A stretch of 61,775 bases of DNA, counting the filler, from Choristocarpus tenellus KU-1152 (Eukaryota; Protista; Phaeophyceae): the NCBI GenBank assembly GCA_964200185.2. It is 8 parts of 8 records of this genome, joined end to end, with 100 filler letters (N's around TTAATTAATTAA, not from the genome) between each part and the next. Parts side by side here need not be neighbours in the genome. Positions count along the whole stretch, not along the records: positions 1 to 14,581 come from CAXNAD020001157.1; 7 more parts are not named here. One strand, written 5' to 3'. The position numbers and the translations under genes were made by a program. The notes under the pieces are model-generated. The model was not told the DNA's origin. It saw only the letters and a program-made list of their open reading frames with translations, and made no database searches. Below are positions 1 through 11,766 of the stretch, piece after piece. How positions within the stretch are numbered: the stretch's first letter is position 1; every line of letters starts with the position of its first letter.

Positions 1-275
1 CCACCCCCACCCTCGCCCCCGCCCCCCCCCCCAAAACCCACTGGCATAAAAGATAATAAGGCCTGGGGGGCTCTGCTTGTACCTCTTGACCATCCCATGT
101 AGTTCTGAATCCTCATCAAATTTGTATAGTCACAATGGTGGCTAAACCTGTGTGTGTGTGTCTGTGTGTATTTTTCCTAATGGTATTGTCTTGAAATGAC
201 ACGCCTGTCATACAACTACTAACAAGCCTGTCAAAACTGGTCACAAAAAGGTGGAGGGCTCGCGGTGGACTTTAC

Positions 276-3200
276 CTCTCTCCTCCTCGCTTGCATTTGC
301 TGTGGCTTCTCCCCTGGTTTTCGAGGCCTCTTAACGTCGTCCTGGTCGGTTTTTAACGAGACAAAGGAGGCGTGTATAACTATTGCATTGCATCAGATAT
401 TAGGGGAAACGTTGCGATTCGTGGAAATGATTTAAAAAAAAAAAAACGGACTAGAGTACAAAATAAAAATAAAACAGAATATTTGGGGCTGGGAGAACAG
501 GGGCAGGGACGCAGCAGGGCACAAAGATGACCATGTGTGTGTGTGTGTGTGTATGTTGAAAACATCGCAGAATAGTAGTGTGGCTGACTGCTGCAACAGC
601 AAGTGCTCATGAGTACGTACATACATACATCATAACGGTGGGTGGGGAGAGGGCATTCGCGATTTCAAATTGCACCAAGAACAACAGCCTCTTCTTGTGA
701 TTCCGCCTTTTGAATGGAGGAGCAAATGGAATAACATTGCTTCTTCTTTTTTTTAGTTTTTAACCTTGAAAAAAAAAAAGGGCATTCGCGATTTCAAATT
801 GCACCAAGAACAACAGCCTCTTCTTTTGATTCCGCGTTTTGAATGGAGGAGCAAATGGAATAACATTGCTTCTTTTTTTTCTAGTTTTTAACCTTGAAAA
901 AAAAAACTTCAATAATTCCAACATGCACGGTCACCGGGCGGCGCCATCACTCTACCCAATACCCTAAAATAGTGATGGCGCCATCACTGTTTTGGCAAAG
1001 TTCGGTGACGCTCAATGTTCTATGTTCAATGGGAGGAGAAAGCTGTCAGCGATTATTATTTCAAAAAGTTATTATTATTATTATTATTATTTCAAGAAGA
1101 TACGGGCGACTCTTGACGTGATTCTTGATGTACCACCACACCTATATATGTATGTATATACACCAAGGGAATAGTGACATTTATGATAAAAATAAATGTA
1201 GTGATTAAATTATCTAAAAAAAAAAACAGACACCGCCACCTGCAGCGCAAACATCCAATAATATAGTTCAGTACAGTAATATGTCGTAGTGGATGGGTAC
1301 TTAAATAAATAATACCATAAACGTACAAACCCTAATAGTACCATATAGTCTTAACCCTAATAGTATCATATAGCCCTAACCCTAATAGTACCATATAGCC
1401 CTAACCCTAATAGAATCATATAGCCCTAACCCTAATAATATCACCATATAGCCCTAACTCTAATAATAGAACCATATAGCCCTAACCCTAATAATAGAAC
1501 CATATAGCCCTAACCCTAATAGAACCATATAGCCCAAACCCTAATAGAATCATATAGCCCTAACCCTAATAGTACCATATAGCCCTAATCCTAATAGTAT
1601 CATATAGCCCTAACCCTAATAATATCACCATATAGCCCTAACCCTAATAGAATCATATAGCCCTAACCCTAATAGTACCATATAGCCCTAATCCTAATAG
1701 TACAATATAGCCCTAACCCTAATAGTTCCATATAGTCCTAACTCTAATAGTACCATATAGCCCTAACCCTAATAGTATCATATAGCCCTAACCCTAATAG
1801 CCCTAACCCTAATAGTACCATATAGCCCTAAGCCTAACAGAACCATATATAGCCCTAATCCTAATAATATCATATAGCTCCAATCCTAATAGTACCATAT
1901 AGCCCTAACCCTAATAGCACCAAAAGAGCACGAGAGAAAAATAAATGTTCATAGCGCCAATTGATCAAGACAGTTGTACTTTTCTAACCTGCAGCGATAG
2001 ACTTGGGTGTTGATGCTCATAAACAAGAAACTCAACCTCAAAAGTACATTTGCACCAAAACGCCTTCGTGGTGGTGTGGTCCCCATGAGGTTACCTGGTG
2101 TTGCTTGGTACCAGGGAAGCAAAAATAGTAAAAAAAAAATCGGCAGCATGCCAATTTTGTGGACAAACCGGAGATTCCCGTTTCAACCAACCAGGTGTTG
2201 GGGAGATTGACCGATCATTTCGACATTATAAGGTATACCATCAAAAATACTTGTGTACAGAATGCTTCTTTCAGAGTCATACCATTCCATCAGCTCTATC
2301 AGGCTCAAATTATCTTGGGGGGGGGGGGGAGTGGTGGCTGTCCATTCGGGGCCATTTTTTCATCTTTTGAATTTTGGGGGAATNNNNNNNNNNAAAATCT
2401 TTGTGTAAAGATTGTTTTTTGGTGAGGCAGCCTTTTCTATCTCTCTTATCATCTTCAATTTTTTTTGGGGGGGGGGGGGGAGTGGTGGCTGTCCATTCGG
2501 GGCCATTTTTTCATCTCTTGAATTTTGGGTGAATTTGGTTACATGCGTCAAATCAATAGTGTAAGTGCACTTATCCTGACAAGGACCCGAATGGACACCC
2601 TAGTGTAGACCCCCTCCCCCCCCCAAGATACTTTGAGTCTTACTTCTATACTTACCTCCCTGCTTGGTACCTTGTATGATTTAAAAAATAAAAATGCATA
2701 TGCTTCGTGATTTTTTTTTAAATGTGTGATTTCTACTGTAGGACAGAGCACACAGGACAGAAAAAAAAAGAAAATTATTGAAAAAACTGACGGGCACGCA
2801 CAAGAAAAAACAAGAAGTCACAATGAAACAGACTCGGCATCCCAACTGTCAGTCAGTAATATATTTTGCTTGTAGGAAGGTCTGGGGTTGGTCCACACAA
2901 CAGGGAACCTAAGAGCACAATTTCTTACATTGTACCCTAAATTGCACCCCCCTAATTGTATCTTTCCATGTCGGTAGGCGCAAAAAATGATAAAAAAAGT
3001 GGGAGGGGGGAGATAGACCTCATAGGTTGCACCTCATCTGGTGGTCTTGGCTGTGCCCCAAGGCCAAGCCTAAAATGCCTTGGCTCCACCTGCCCGAAAA
3101 GTTCCGAGCCTGCATCCTGGTCTTCGCTGGAAGGCCCTGTCCAGCCCATGCCACGAAGGAGGGCTGCACCAAACTCTGCCACAGGGACAGCTGAGACACA

Positions 3201-3845
3201 AGAAGGGTGTTTTTAGGGATGCATTTATAAAGTGACAAAGGGAGAGGGAAAGGGTCAGGTTTGAAGTATGAAGCATCAGGGCAGAATGCACGTTGCCTCT
3301 AACCCATGTGGATCTCTGTACAGGGTGGTGGACACTGAGCAGGAGGCCATCTAAGTAAGAAAGACCAACACTATTGAACATAAAATTCCTGTCCCAATCT
3401 CTTGGGTTTCAGGATTGTGTCCTTTTTCACAATCCATTCCTTGATAATGCGTACCACACACACATCGCAAAACTTGGTTGACCGTGCCTGAATCAGCTTG
3501 TGGCGTTCAGTTGTATGCCATAGAAGCAATAGTCCACACTAGAAAGGTAGGTGGGCACACTCGATAATTTCTAGCTAACATTTCAGCTCTATTAGACAAC
3601 ACAATACCCGACTAGCCTTGAAGGGTGTCGCCTACACGCTAGATGCTGAGCTCTCACTACTGCTGTTATTGTGTCTTGCCAAAGTGCAATCAATTGTCCC
3701 CCAAGTCGCTGTCCCTCATTTGAATGTTTGCAGATCAGGAAAGGAAATAGCTACGAGGAGGGAGGGGGGGGGGGGNNNNNNNNNNAACACCAGTCCCTCT
3801 CTCTCCCGGCTGTCTCTGGTGTTTGGGTGAAAGGAAAAAAAAGAA

Positions 3846-3883
<38 letters not shown>

Positions 3884-4585
3884 GAGGAAAATGAACATAA
3901 ACTTGACGCGAGAGCAATCTAATTGATCACCTCGATATGCGTCGCTCTTTACATCGATGTCATTTGCCCGGTGTTTCAGGTCATGCTTGAACTTTGCATC
4001 CTCGCCTTTCAATTCGGTTATACCAGGTATCATACTCTGAGCCAGCAAGGTCTTCCTTTTGACCGAAGTCCCACTGTCATCTCCGGCACCAGGTAACATA
4101 CCGATCACACGGGTTGATCCCATTCCAAGATCACCACCTAATCCTCTGGAGAGATCTGCAAGCCCATCGAAATCACGGGATTCGTTGGCGATAGCCTCCG
4201 CTGCTAACTGGTCAAGCGATTTCTCCAAAGGCAGGGAATCTGGTCCCGATGTTGGAGGTTTTGGTTCTGCTCTTTTCTGCGAAACCCCATTCACAAGGCT
4301 AGTACCAGACTCCTCCCAGGTATTAGCCGCCAGGGGAATTACCAATGGCCCTTTTGTCTGTGTCGGTTGCGCACTAACGACTTCTCCGTCCCCAATCCCT
4401 GTGACATAATCCTTGACTCTGACCTCGACCACATTCTGTTCTCCGATGACTGTCGTTCCCAAGGCGGACTTGGGTTTGGTTGGTACAGTCCCACCCTTGT
4501 TCTTTCCCTTGCTCTTGGTGAGGGACATTGAAAATACCTTCTTACCTCCATCAGGTGGTGACACCCTGTACCCATCTTTGGACAT
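276..4585 (-). CDS. Spp2/MOS2/GPKOW-like G-patch splicing factor (spliced, 3' partial)
   Basis: Exons 4585-3931, 3190-3033 and 341-276 have GT-AG borders and consistent phases (1,0). The spliced product reads ...DIDVKSDAYRAVPVAEFGAALLRGMGWTG...PRHFRLGLGAQP, the Spp2/MOS2-type G-patch signature. The third exon is less certain and the gene probably continues off the window. Confidence 0.85.
651..906. repeat. Tandem duplication of a ~129-bp unit ending in an A-run
   Basis: GGGCATTCGCGATTTCAAATTGCACCAAGAAC...TTAACCTTGAAAAAAAA occurs at 651-779 and again at 780-906, near-identical. It lies in an intron of the G-patch gene. Confidence 0.9.
1327..1918 (+). repeat. Telomere-motif (CCCTAA)-containing ~25-bp minisatellite
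   Basis: More than 20 copies of consensus TAACCCTAATAGTACCATATAGCCC with variants, located in an intron. Confidence 0.95.
2303..2638. mobile_element. MITE family A copy (TIR GACTCAAAGTATCTTGGGG...CCCCAAGATACTTTGAGTC)
   Basis: Terminal inverted repeats plus the internal inverted pair GTCCATTCGGG/CCCGAATGGAC. Homologous copies lie at 24625, 35522, 35730 and 50850. This copy spans a 10-N gap with a duplicated left part. Confidence 0.7.
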
Positions 4586-5041
4586 GATCGAGCCTTGAAT
4601 GATGCCAAGCCCACGTGAGACGGTGATGGTAGGCAAAGCAACGCACAAGGACAAGGAACGAGAGTTGTATCGGAACTTCAGGAAAACGACCTCTAAACAA
4701 ACATGATACCTAGACTTACTTACTCGGGGCACAGCAGTGCCATGGTGCCGAAGATAACTTACCAGTGGGATTTCTAAGGCTTGGAGAACCCCCTTTTTGC
4801 ATTGCTCCAAAGTTACTCACAGTGAAACGAGAATGGAGTAAGGAAACAGAGGGAGTTCAATTCTACCTATGGCGTGTTGATGAGGTTTTTTATGAAGACA
4901 CTTCAAATTATAGACCACACTTAGACTCGAAAATCTGTCGGAAGACCTATCCCACGAGTGGAATGACGGGTCCCTGTCTTGCGTAGTTTATTTTGGGTAG
5001 ATTGAGGATGCGGAAGTGAAGCTCTAGTAGAAATTTGTGCA

Positions 5042-6131
5042 ATGGTTTCTCGTATGGTGCTTGGTCCGCTGTTGGTCCTCCTGACTTTTTGCCTCTCCTC
5101 TTTCGATGCTTTTGTACCTGGTCCATGTGCCCGAGGCGCAATGTATCAAGGACAAGCACTTCATGCTGCCGACGCTCTCTTTGCAGCAGGTATGTACCGC
5201 AATATCCCTCGTCCCTAGGTTCTATTCGTATGAACCCGCTCAGTCAGGCGTTCGCATGACCAGTCACCACCTTAGTGCACCTGGGGTGTTGTGTCAACTT
5301 GAAGAGTCAACCCTAATCGTCACTTCGCATTGCGATCATTGTCAAGTCTATTTTTTTCCATTCCTGGCATTAGTTCAAGGCCACACTGTCATGCAGAGAG
5401 GGTTTGGGGGATGGCTGTGTCCCTGATCAGGATTATGCTGTAGAGATTTTAGTATGATTTTCGAGGAAACTTAGTGCTGAGTCTTGCGCAATAGCACCTG
5501 CCACATAGAGTCGTTTCGATTATGCTTTCGTGTTGCAACATCACCCATATTGTGTTTTTTGCATTCGCCTCGTACACTTGAAGAAGTGGCTGCATCAGGT
5601 CTTGCTGTGGCTGGGGCACTTAAGATAATGTCGACTCTCCGGCATGCTTTCACACTTGCAGACTACAGGACGACTAGGTACGTGTGAACTGGGATTTAGT
5701 ACCACAATGCAAGGTGTTTTTTTCCGAAGTAGATCTCATTAAGGACTCCACTAGAGTACCTCTGGTATGATGGAGGGCAAGCCTGTTCTTGATGATGCAA
5801 AGCGTACGGTGTGCTTTCCCTTCTTACTTACCTTCCTTCCCACGGTCCCTTCTTGATTTCTTCATTATACTTACGCTATAGCGGCAATGACCTCCGACTT
5901 GATGACCGAAGACTTGATGGCAAGTTGCAAAAAATAGGCTCCAACCAACATTGTACGGGTGATGATACTGACGAGGGAGGGGAATATTGGGGGGATGAAG
6001 TTACACGCTATTCGAGACTGGGGCCTGGGGAGGGATCTCTGGCTGATATCTGGAGGGAAATGGGGATTGTTGAAGCAGAAAGCATATGTTCAGGAGAGCA
6101 AAAAGAACCCAAGGGTGGGTCAAGAGAATAA
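5042..6131 (+). CDS. Putative plastid-targeted protein of unknown function (spliced, 3' end uncertain)
   Basis: Exons 5042-5189, 5584-5677 and 5882-~6131 splice in phase (1,2). The N-terminus MVSRMVLGPLLVLLTFCLSSFDA-FVP resembles a stramenopile signal peptide with an ASAFAP-type cleavage motif. Confidence 0.5.
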
Positions 6132-9100
6132 CATCCATCAAATGAGGTTCACCCGTTGATTAAGTGTTGTAGGTGTGTATGTAGCTCTCTTATGCTTCCA
6201 ATATGCCTACAAGTACCGCATGGGATAATAAGCGTTGAAAGGTGGGAATTTGTGCCAAGCTATAAATATCCGTTTTCATGGTGCCTTGGTCTTAGCCCCT
6301 GTGGTATAGATAGGAGGATATCTATGTAGACATTTGTGTTGATGACATTATTGTGAAACCAACGTATGCAAGAAGAGCAGAGAGTTTGTAAGTATGGTAC
6401 CTCAACATCCATGGTATTAAACTTTTAGAAAACACAAAAAAGTGAAAGGTTTGGAACCAACTTCAATAACTCAGTGCCCTGCCATGGTCAAATGAAGTCT
6501 AAACGATCCTGAGCAAGACACCACTATCCAGAGAACTCCGACTTCCTACTACACTTCTTCGTTTAAATGTGTACAAAACTTCATGCACCAAATATCCATG
6601 CATAATATCTTCTATTCAGTTGTAAATCTCCAATATATACTTCATGTCATGGTCAAATCCAGAGGTTAGGCTATCTGCACATATCTTCATGTGTGGTTGA
6701 GGACAACATCTGGAAAAATGAGGATATGTGTTGGCTATGTGTAGTGTACATGAAGATGTCCTCATATCAAGCAATAGCTTGCACCATATAGGATGCCCCA
6801 ACACTCTGGTAATATGCCGTCCATCACATCATGTGGTAACTACAAAGTCTACACAAGACCTGTATGCCTGCCCGTATGGTCATACTGCATTATGTATGAT
6901 TATGATAAAATGATGAGCCACAAAATTATAGCATAGCACCATTTTTCAGAGATGAGATGTGGGGTAAAGTGAGGAAAAGGAAGTAAAACCTATTTGCAAC
7001 GGAAACTCAAATATTCTAAAGTGATTTGCAATCTTGGTAAGACAAAACATGGTTTGCAGAATATGTAGGAACCTGGTGCAGATTCCAGGGAAGTGTGACC
7101 AGAGTCTTATGCAGTGCAATAAAGGTCGAGCATATGCATACCATAACCCATGCCTAGAAGTTTCAAGGCAAAGAATAACCCATACTGCATGCATGTATGT
7201 TTTGTAGCTCTTCAGAGTGTAAGACTAGCCCAAACCATGGTCCACATACCACTATACAGTATGTAGTATGTTCCAGGGTGTTGACATTATGCATATTTCA
7301 TCTATACCTGATCTGTATTGGAATCTAACAGTAGTTGCAGTGTGAAAACTTATGTACAAATTTGTATGCAGGGAGTGCGATAACTACGACTGTGCAGGGC
7401 TTCAACAGTACAGACATCAAATCCATAGATTGTTGCATACTCCTTTGAGTACAAGAGCACATTCAAAACAACCAACTCCAGACAATTTCCAAAGGTTGCC
7501 ACCCACAGCATATCCACAAGATATCCAAAGAAATATTTCTGGGCTATATGAGTTCCCTTGAGGCCATGCAGGCATTCACAACCACAACATAAAAAAACAT
7601 CCTTCATGGCTCTAAGATTAAATTCACTCCACTACAAACCCTGGGCCCCACTTGACTGAACACAACCCTTGTCTTTGCACTGGCTACTCACACAGGTCAT
7701 TATCAAACCTCCTCAGTATTTATGGAACTCTTACAAATTTGACAGATTCTGAAATTGTCTTATTTTTCAGGGTCCGGATATCACGCAACCAATCAATGTG
7801 CCGTATCTCGACCACATGTGAAGGTGTCAGTAATGTCCCACTTTGAACGCAACAGGTTTGGTGGGCTTGATGGAACTATCAATTAAAAATATTTGGAGGG
7901 AGTCAAAGGCAGTGACTGTCTTTTTGAAATGTCATTTAGTGGCATATCATATATTTCAGGCATATGCCCCATCATAATTCTAGACGAAAGTTACACGCGG
8001 TCCGTGTAGTGAAAGATGTACAACTAAGTAGGGAATTGCGATATCATACCAGTATGAGGAACAACAACAGGGGCTCCCCACATCATGGTTGTAGCATCTG
8101 GTCGTATACGTGGTACAGTACCTCCTTCCTACCTTCCCCCAACCGCCACTATTGCAATTTCCCTTGTTTAAGAACCCACTTTCGATCTTCTTCGTGTATT
8201 GTCAAAAGCCGTTTCCTTTCCATTGTCACTCTCCTCCCAGCTACTCATCTCTATCACCTCACCCTCCACAGTATTGGAAATATCATAACCTCGAACCTGT
8301 TTCCACGCCATGCGAGAAGGTTAAGATCTATATTTGCAAATTTAAAATTCAAGGGTCAAGCATTTCGAGTTTTGGCGCTGTGCCCTTTTCTCAACTCCTT
8401 TCAAGGTGCTCAAGACATGACAGGTTTGGAGTCACTTGGTGTGCAAACGTTTGGAGCTATATATATTTCAGAATACGTTCGGCAAATGAATTAGCTCAGA
8501 AGGATAGCATTTATTCTCACTTCTTTACATGGGCGAGCAGCATCTGTGAACCCATCCGATGTCCTGTGCAGGTGCCTCCTATCTCCTTCCACCTGAAGAT
8601 GAGATAGTACAACAGGGAAGTCCAAGAGGCTGTTAGGGTAGGCCAGCATGGCCGTCACAATCTACCTATAGCACATAATTACGTTACTGAGAATTCCCTC
8701 CTCCAAGAAAATATGTCTTTGGCCCCTAAGGATGCTCTGATAGTGCACTTGCCGTTACAGCAAGTGTCCTTGGGACTAGGAAACAAGTTGTCTTCGGAAT
8801 TTCCACCCTACCTTGAGCCTCGCCCTAACAAAACTCTGTCGTATGTAGGTGATGACGCAGAGCGGTAAAAATGATGGAGCGATCAAACCCACAAAAAGTG
8901 AAAGCTTCCACTCGTTGAAAATAACGTAGAGGAGGCCTGCCCTTACAAAGTTTCGCTGTAATCCCACCAGGGCTTTATATGAAACGATATCCACAGCAGC
9001 GGAAAGAATTATTGGCCTCCAGTAAATATTTGGTGCTTTTGTGGATGCCATCCTTGGTGATGACTTACAATGTGCCAATTTTTGGAGGTTCTTAGACTTA

Positions 9101-9294
9101 AAATTCAAGTTGAGAGAGAATGAATCCACGGTTTTAGTAGAACCTTGGAGGCTAAACAACTCGGTAACAGAAACGGTACACAGTATGTACCATATACCGT
9201 TTAGGTGAAGGAAAAGAGTGGTGGCTCTGGACTGCGATCGTTCACAGGACGGTCAAGCGTTGCCCTGTCCGCACGCCACCACCGTTTAGGAACC

Positions 9295-11766
9295 ATGGCC
9301 GCTGGACCGGTAGCTGACACCAAGACCAAGGCGATGAAGGTTAAGCCTTCGCACAGCAAGGGGGTGAGACAGAAGAGGAATAGTACAAGGGAATGGTTGG
9401 ATGTAGGGTCTGCCCTTCTCCGATCCCTGCAATGATGAACTATCTAGAAATATGTGGTTATCGATGTCGTTAGTATCATTTTCACGTCAAGTCTCTCGCT
9501 TTAACTAACATGAGATTTTGGCAAATCTATACTGACCTTTTCACCACTTCTAACTAGGGCGATTAGACATGACTGTCTCGCACCATTTCCAAGGGGGAGA
9601 TGTGGCTTTAGGATGTTACAGGTTTAATCATTTAGATCCGATCTTCCCTGTGTAAAACAGTACTCAAGTATGCTTAGCGAGTGGGTAGGTTTGTATGCCC
9701 ACTTACACCTGATTTGCGTTTCGGTTGGGATGGGGTGAACTAAAACTGTGTCGTAGAGAAAGATGCATGGTCCAATGCGAAAATGAATACCCACAAGTTC
9801 TGGCGAGTGAGGCACCGAAGATTGGTTGCACTTCAAGGTCCAAGCAGGACTATGCTCTGTAAGAATGGCACAAAGGTATGCCCAACTTATCCTGACTCAC
9901 AATTAGGAGTTGAGCAATGCGACCACACTGATCATCTCCTGATGAATGCATAGTCACCAGTTTAGTAGTCCCTTGTTAGTAAAGTGGATTATATCGAGAA
10001 TGCCTATCCCAATCCAAGGTATCAACTTGAGGCTATGCTTTTCCGTTGCGTGTTGTAACCTCCAAAATTTCGCGCTTATATATCATCCAAACTCAATCCA
10101 TCGTGTGTTTTGTTGCGTTTTTTTGTCTTTCTTGATGGGCTCTACAGAAGCTTGGCAAGCGCGTGAAGCTTGTAAGGGAAGTGGTGCGAGAGGTGGCTGG
10201 GCTTATGCCCTACGAGAAGCGCATCCTTGACATGATCAAGACTGGTGGAGCCTCAGCAGAAAAGCGCATCTACAAGTTCGCTAAGCGGAGGGTGAGTTCA
10301 CTTCCTGACACAAAATGTTTTCGTTTTTTCTGCTTGTTCCCATGGTGCTTTAAATCGTCTTATATTTTCGAAGATGCAACATGAATCATGCATGCCCTCA
10401 GGGCCTGCAATCATGCTGCATATTTTATTTATTTATGGTAATAGTACAGGAACGAATAATAAGCGTTAGGGTAATGAAGAAACCTTTGCCCAGTGCATCA
10501 GTTAGTCCACAGATTCCTCCATCTAAAAAATTTATTACTGATGAATGATGCAGAATGTATTGCCTGTGATTTATCCCTTGGGAAGGCAACTAATATGCAT
10601 TGTAATGTGTATCTAGAAGAGTCTGAGTTTGAGAGAAAGTTCGGCACTCTCTCCATGTAACCATAATTTGTGTGGCAAGAATTGACGCAACTATGATCTA
10701 TATGTTTTGTGGAGTGATTGTTGCTTGCCACCCATTTTTTTAGCATGTTGGCATCCTGTGGACTGTGTGCTGGGTTGGGCACTTTTTACTTGTTTCATAG
10801 TGCTGGTTGCTGTTAACTGTGGAAAGAGGAGAGCTCTTTCAGAAAATCAAATAGCATACTTTCCAGCAAGGATGTGCAAGCATTGGTCGGTCCTTGAATG
10901 ATAATGGGCATTAATGAACCCCCATGTCAACAACTCTTCTCCTTATGAAGGATGCATTTTATAGGTGTTTCGTGTGATGTGATGCCGTAGATCAACACTT
11001 GACTCTGGTTGTCCTGAGGAAGCGTTTATATTAAATCTTGAGGTGCTGCTGTTCCAGTGGGGCAGACGGTTGCTTGAGTGTATTGGAGTCACCATTTGCC
11101 TTAAGGCCTGGTATGGCCTTGTCCTGTCATTAGTTTTCTTGGTTAGATTACTAGTATTGTGGAGAGTTTGGGATGAAGTGGGCAGCTCAGTTAACAGTTA
11201 TTGCTGCTTGGACTCTGTGGAACAGGGTAAGTCCTAGTCGTTTGTCACTCGTGGTAAAAAATTGTTGTAGTTTGTGTGATACATCCTGGGAAAAAGGGTT
11301 GAGCTGTTGTAGGTACATCTTTATCTGATGCTGCTCTAGGTACCCATTAGTGCTTTCAACTGTGTAACAAGGCTAAGGTGTTTTTTTTTTAAATAAAAAT
11401 TGGCAATGATTGATGTGGTTCGAGACTTTCGATTTTTGATGTACTACTCGTAGGTTCATCTATACTGATGCATGTGTGCAATTCAACTCCAGGATATGAC
11501 TTGGTATCCCTGTTCCCTATGCTGGAGCACACCTTTGATACCTTACTCTAGAAGCAACATCTCCCAGTCAGAGGTGGAGACACCTGATATATACATATAT
11601 ATACACTGTGTTGCTTGTGCGTCATTTTGTGCCCTCCGAGCCCCATCTAATGTATCTTTTCTGTGCTAACTGTTCACAGCTTGGTACTCACAAGCGTGCC
11701 CTGCAGAAGCGCGAGGACATCAAGGAGGTCTACTCACAGATGCGTGCTCGCCAGGCATTGGCTTAA
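9295..11766 (+). CDS. RPL36: 60S ribosomal protein eL36, complete, 99 aa
   Basis: Exons 9295-9363, 10148-10291 and 11680-11766, all phase 0. Product includes KPSHSKGKLGKRVKLVREVVREVAGLMPYEKRILDMIK...KFAKRRLGTHKRALQKREDI. Confidence 0.97.
9429..9537 (+). ncRNA. Candidate intronic box C/D snoRNA (RPL36 intron 1)
   Basis: Canonical box C ATGATGA at 9432-9438 and box D CTGA at 9532-9535, in a ribosomal-protein intron. No target was verified. Confidence 0.25.
11403..11471 (+). ncRNA. Candidate intronic box C/D snoRNA (RPL36 intron 2)
   Basis: C-like box ATGATTG at 11406, box D CTGA at 11465-11468 and a short GCA/TGC terminal stem. It shares GCAATGAT...ATCTATACTGA ends with the intron-1 candidate. 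Confidence 0.25.

Noticed and set aside
1327-1918. CRISPR array or true telomere
   Set aside because: The spacers are near-identical, there are no cas genes, and the array lies inside a eukaryotic intron.
3716-4810. 364-aa ORF as a single-exon proline-rich protein
   Set aside because: The real exon is 4585-3931. The poly-Pro tail comes from an intronic homopolymer run and an N gap.
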